NCBI GenBank assembly: GCA_905178155.1
Contig: CAJINV010000006.1
Coordinates: 4,092,130 to 4,156,129 of the forward strand
DNA length: 64,000 nucleotides
Reading direction: 5' to 3'
Origin: Amoebophrya sp. A120
Taxonomy: Eukaryota > Protista > Dinoflagellata
The notes beneath the pieces were generated by a model. That model was not told the origin of the DNA, made no database searches, and saw only the letters and a list, made by a program, of their open reading frames with translations. The translations under genes were made by a program, and so were the position numbers. The first letter of the stretch is position 1; each line of letters starts with the position of its first letter. Below are positions 61,201 to 64,000 of the stretch, piece by piece.

Positions 61201-61426
61201 TCTGCATCACGTCAATTTTTATATCGCAGCTTTCTTTGCGTACTACTTTGTACTTAGTTTATGCATCGATGACAAAAAAAATATCATAAACGTACATTAT
61301 TACCGTGCTCGCATCTTTGTTTTTGTAATTTTTCTCCGAGTCGTTGACTTTTCTCAACTTCCCCGCCGCACCCTCCTGGATGCCGGAGAGCAGGCCGCTT
61401 TGCGGCGCGCTTGGTGACTCTGTCAT
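58277..61426 (-). CDS. CAP: Cyclase-associated protein, short WH2 + C-CAP/CARP form (~232 aa); 7 introners and 2 canonical introns (60282-60510, 60994-61303)
   Basis: LLSGIQEGAAGKLRKV (WH2); WIVENY...KIKSITVDNCEKVGLAINDVLSAVEVINCK...SDKVDGLNVYL...DWKEMPIPTQF...EVSDIYSA*; spliced 699 nt. Confidence 0.9.
58331..58585. mobile_element. Introner family A
   Basis: TIRs; TSD aaatc. Confidence 0.9.
58620..58866. mobile_element. Introner family D
   Basis: TIRs; TSD gatgg. Confidence 0.9.
58925..59187. mobile_element. Introner family A
   Basis: TIRs; TSD gcgac. Confidence 0.9.
59268..59578. mobile_element. Introner family B
   Basis: TIRs; TSD cggac. Confidence 0.9.
59639..59905. mobile_element. Introner family A
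   Basis: TIRs; TSD gatga/gatca. Confidence 0.9.
59965..60211. mobile_element. Introner family A
   Basis: TIRs; TSD gttgt. Confidence 0.9.
60663..60949. mobile_element. Introner family A
   Basis: TIRs; TSD gcgcc/gcccc. Confidence 0.9.
61027..61151. mobile_element. Introner family E lacking its left TIR, inside a canonical intron
   Basis: Right TIR tactagtacgatgcttttgcaattcata; left end replaced by a duplicated splice-acceptor region. Confidence 0.75.
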
Positions 61427-62441
61427 GGTGAAAAGCTACCTACGTTTATTTTGCCCCACAGAGTAGATAATGATATTAAATTTAAACTCACGAATGCTTA
61501 TTTCTCAATAATACTTCTAACTAGAGCGGCTATAATTTTTATGCGAGTTCGTCATGCAAAACGTGTAGTGTTGTGGTACTTGTTTGGAAGTGTAGTACAC
61601 AATGTGCTGTCCACTTCAAACTCTTTGTATTCTTAACCAGGCTTATCTTGCAGTCACAAGAATCTTTATGCTGTACTTACTTACTACTCCGATAGAAATG
61701 CTCGCATGGCAACAGACAAATTGAAGCGAAAAAAATGTTGCGAACTTTTCATTCGCAAACAGGAGACCACGTTTCATGTAGTGGAGCAGATCTTGCTTGC
61801 GGAAATAAAATTTTCTGATTTTTTTCAGAAAAAACTATGAGAGCCCGAAGATTTTTCTTGGAGGTGAACGCGAATGCTTTATTTTTCTTGTCGTTCACTA
61901 GCTTTTGGTTGTCTGAGTATTTCATACGTACTTGTCTGGAATAGGGAGCTGCATCACTGGAACACGACCGAACTACAACTCGACCTGGAATAAGGCACTT
62001 ATATTTCATTTCATCAGTACAGCAGGACCACAAGTGGACATGGAGCAGGAGGTGATACTACTAGAATTACCATAGCACAGCTCCAATAGAAGGTGCATTT
62101 TTACCTACGAGAACCGATCGTGGAGGCAGCTCTATCATAAGGCAAGACACGAGCGACGTGTTGTTCCAGGCAGGAGCTACCTCCCGTGAGCATGGGCTTC
62201 ACCTCGCCTAGCTAGCTTTTAGGTAGAAGTACTGTTGACGTATGCGCCAGGAGCCTATATGATGTCTAGAGCCTCGCGCGATGAACGTCGATTCTTTTCA
62301 GAACGTAAGTCGTACCCAGGGATGTGGGTTCGTCCCCATCAACTACGCATATAATGCAACAACCCTGCTTGCATAATATGATCGCGAAGACCTCCTGCTC
62401 CATACGTCGCACTTTACTCGTCCCTTCTGTAGTTGCAAAGT

Positions 62442-62951
62442 TTAGTACATCCTTCCTCGTGGTGCCGCGCATTTATATGTAATGGTAATCTGAATCTCCC
62501 ATAGGGCAAAAAGAAGTACATAACTTTTCACAAATTGGATAGCTGTTGGTGGCGCTGGGATCTTTTTCTCCTTCTTTTCCACCTTCTTGCTCGTCCCGCT
62601 ACTCCGCTCTTCCGGTGCCGCCATTGCCGGCCCAGCTGATCCTTCTTCCTGCGCCCCCGCGGGCGCTGGTGCTTCTCCTCCTGACGGGGTAGGAGCAGCG
62701 GGTGCAGCGGCTTTCTGGGTCGTCGTGACAGGAGCGGAAGCGATCGCGAGCTCTGGGTCCGGCCGCGAATTCCACTTGATTCCCATGCCGAGGTTGGTTT
62801 ATGGATTGATAAAAGCTGCCATATCGTACTTCGGTTCTCGTATGAAGAAAACTCGGCGCATGATAATCAATTTACAAGAGTGCTCGTCCGCATGGAAGAA
62901 GATGGAGTTCTTGGCATGGTACGGAATAGGTGCAGTTCCATCGTGTTTCAT
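62442..62951 (-). pseudogene. Possible degraded or partial gene
   Basis: Protein-like frame with an in-frame TAA just upstream of ORF 62442-62786; no recognisable family. Confidence 0.25.
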
Positions 62952-63047
62952 GTTTTTGCTTTAAAAGGAATTGAAAAAGTAACAACAGAAGATCTTAAAG
63001 GCAACTCATTTAGAGTAACGCACTCCATAAAATGGTAGACATTTGAC

Positions 63048-63333
63048 ACACATAAAGAGGAGGTTGTTGGTCTCCGGTCCTCGGTCCTCAGTCCGTCGCG
63101 AGGTAATATATGAGGAGATAAGAAGGGAGAAGCGCCAGGCACATAAGAAGGAGGTTGTTGGTCTCCGGTCCTCGGTCCTCACTCCATCGCGAGGGAGTAG
63201 ATGAGGAGAGAAGAAGGGAGAGGCACCAGACACATAAGAAGGAGGCTGCTGGTCTCCGGTCCTCGGTCCTCACTCCATTACGAGGTAGGACGTGAGGAGA
63301 TAAGAAGGTAGAAACACCAGACACATAAGAAGG
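63048..63333. repeat. ~91-bp tandem repeat, 3 copies plus a partial
   Basis: acataagaaggaggttgttggtctccggtcctcggtcctca... repeated. Confidence 0.9.
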
Positions 63334-64000
63334 AGTCAGGCAGACAGCCCCGGGCGGTTTCTGTTTCTAATTATTTCCTAAAAGTTGGCTAATTGGGGAG
63401 CTCGATGGGTGTCTTGTTGGCAGCAGGGGGGCCGCGTTTGGCCGCCCCCGGGGCAATGGCGTGGCGCCGGTTTTTGTGTGTGTTTTGTGGGTACCGGGAA
63501 CGCCCCGGACGGTGTGGCGCGTCGACAATCGGAGGCCCGCCGCATCCTCTCTGTGGATCCTCACCGGCCCCGAGGTGCAGGCTTCGCATTTGGGGCCGTT
63601 GCCGTTTTGTCATTCCCCTCGGGAGGGCGCCAGGGTTCCCGGATTTCGGTCTGTGTGTGGTGCCCTCTGCCGCGCGGGGCCCGCGCCCTGACTCCGGGGT
63701 CGGGGCGACAGGGGATCGCGCCATTGGTCTGTGTTCTCCATCTTTTCCCGGGGCGGCCGTCCGGTATTCTCCCCCGGGAAGAATCGGCGGGGCCTCGGGA
63801 AAAAGGCCCGCTTTTGCTTGCTAAAACACCTCCCGGAAAATTCTAATTTGAAATTCTAAAACGCCGCTAATCTGTTTCGGGCCCAATTCTGGACCCGAAA
63901 AATGCCCTGGCTAATTGTTACCTAATTTGTTGCTAATTGATTGCTAATTGGCTGGCTAATTTGCATCGGGTGGGAATTTCGTGTGTGATTTCGCCTATAC

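Noticed and set aside
1-64000. tRNA, rRNA or transposase genes
   Set aside because: None recognised by eye; a covariance-model or HMM search could still find some

Overview
Eukaryotic nuclear DNA, most likely a syndinian dinoflagellate such as Amoebophrya. This is inferred from a relic dinoflagellate spliced leader, all genes lying on one strand, and inverted-repeat non-canonical introns. I reconstructed about ten genes by hand, all on the minus strand: a CtlX/arginine-deiminase-related amidinotransferase, a WH2+C-CAP cyclase-associated protein, a DUF285/BspA-repeat protein, a Cys-rich type I membrane protein, a multipass membrane protein and several low-complexity hypothetical proteins. They are interrupted by about 70 MITE-like introner elements of at least 10 families (mostly 125-380 bp, TAT...ATA terminal inverted repeats, 5-bp target duplications). 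Removing each element plus one duplication copy restores the reading frame in every gene modelled. The most unusual items are: (1) a spliced-leader-to-poly(A) mRNA retrocopy with a 19-bp TSD nested inside an introner; (2) captured genomic fragments, including a piece of a dynein heavy chain gene, bounded by 43-45-bp direct repeats inside the DUF285 gene, where the frame is restored only if they are removed; (3) a 5.7-kb introner holding a 132/264-bp hairpin satellite; (4) an introner apparently absorbed into a canonical GT-AG intron; (5) a short motif (TGTNWTGC) shared by otherwise unrelated introner families. Coordinates and splice models are manual and need RNA-seq confirmation.
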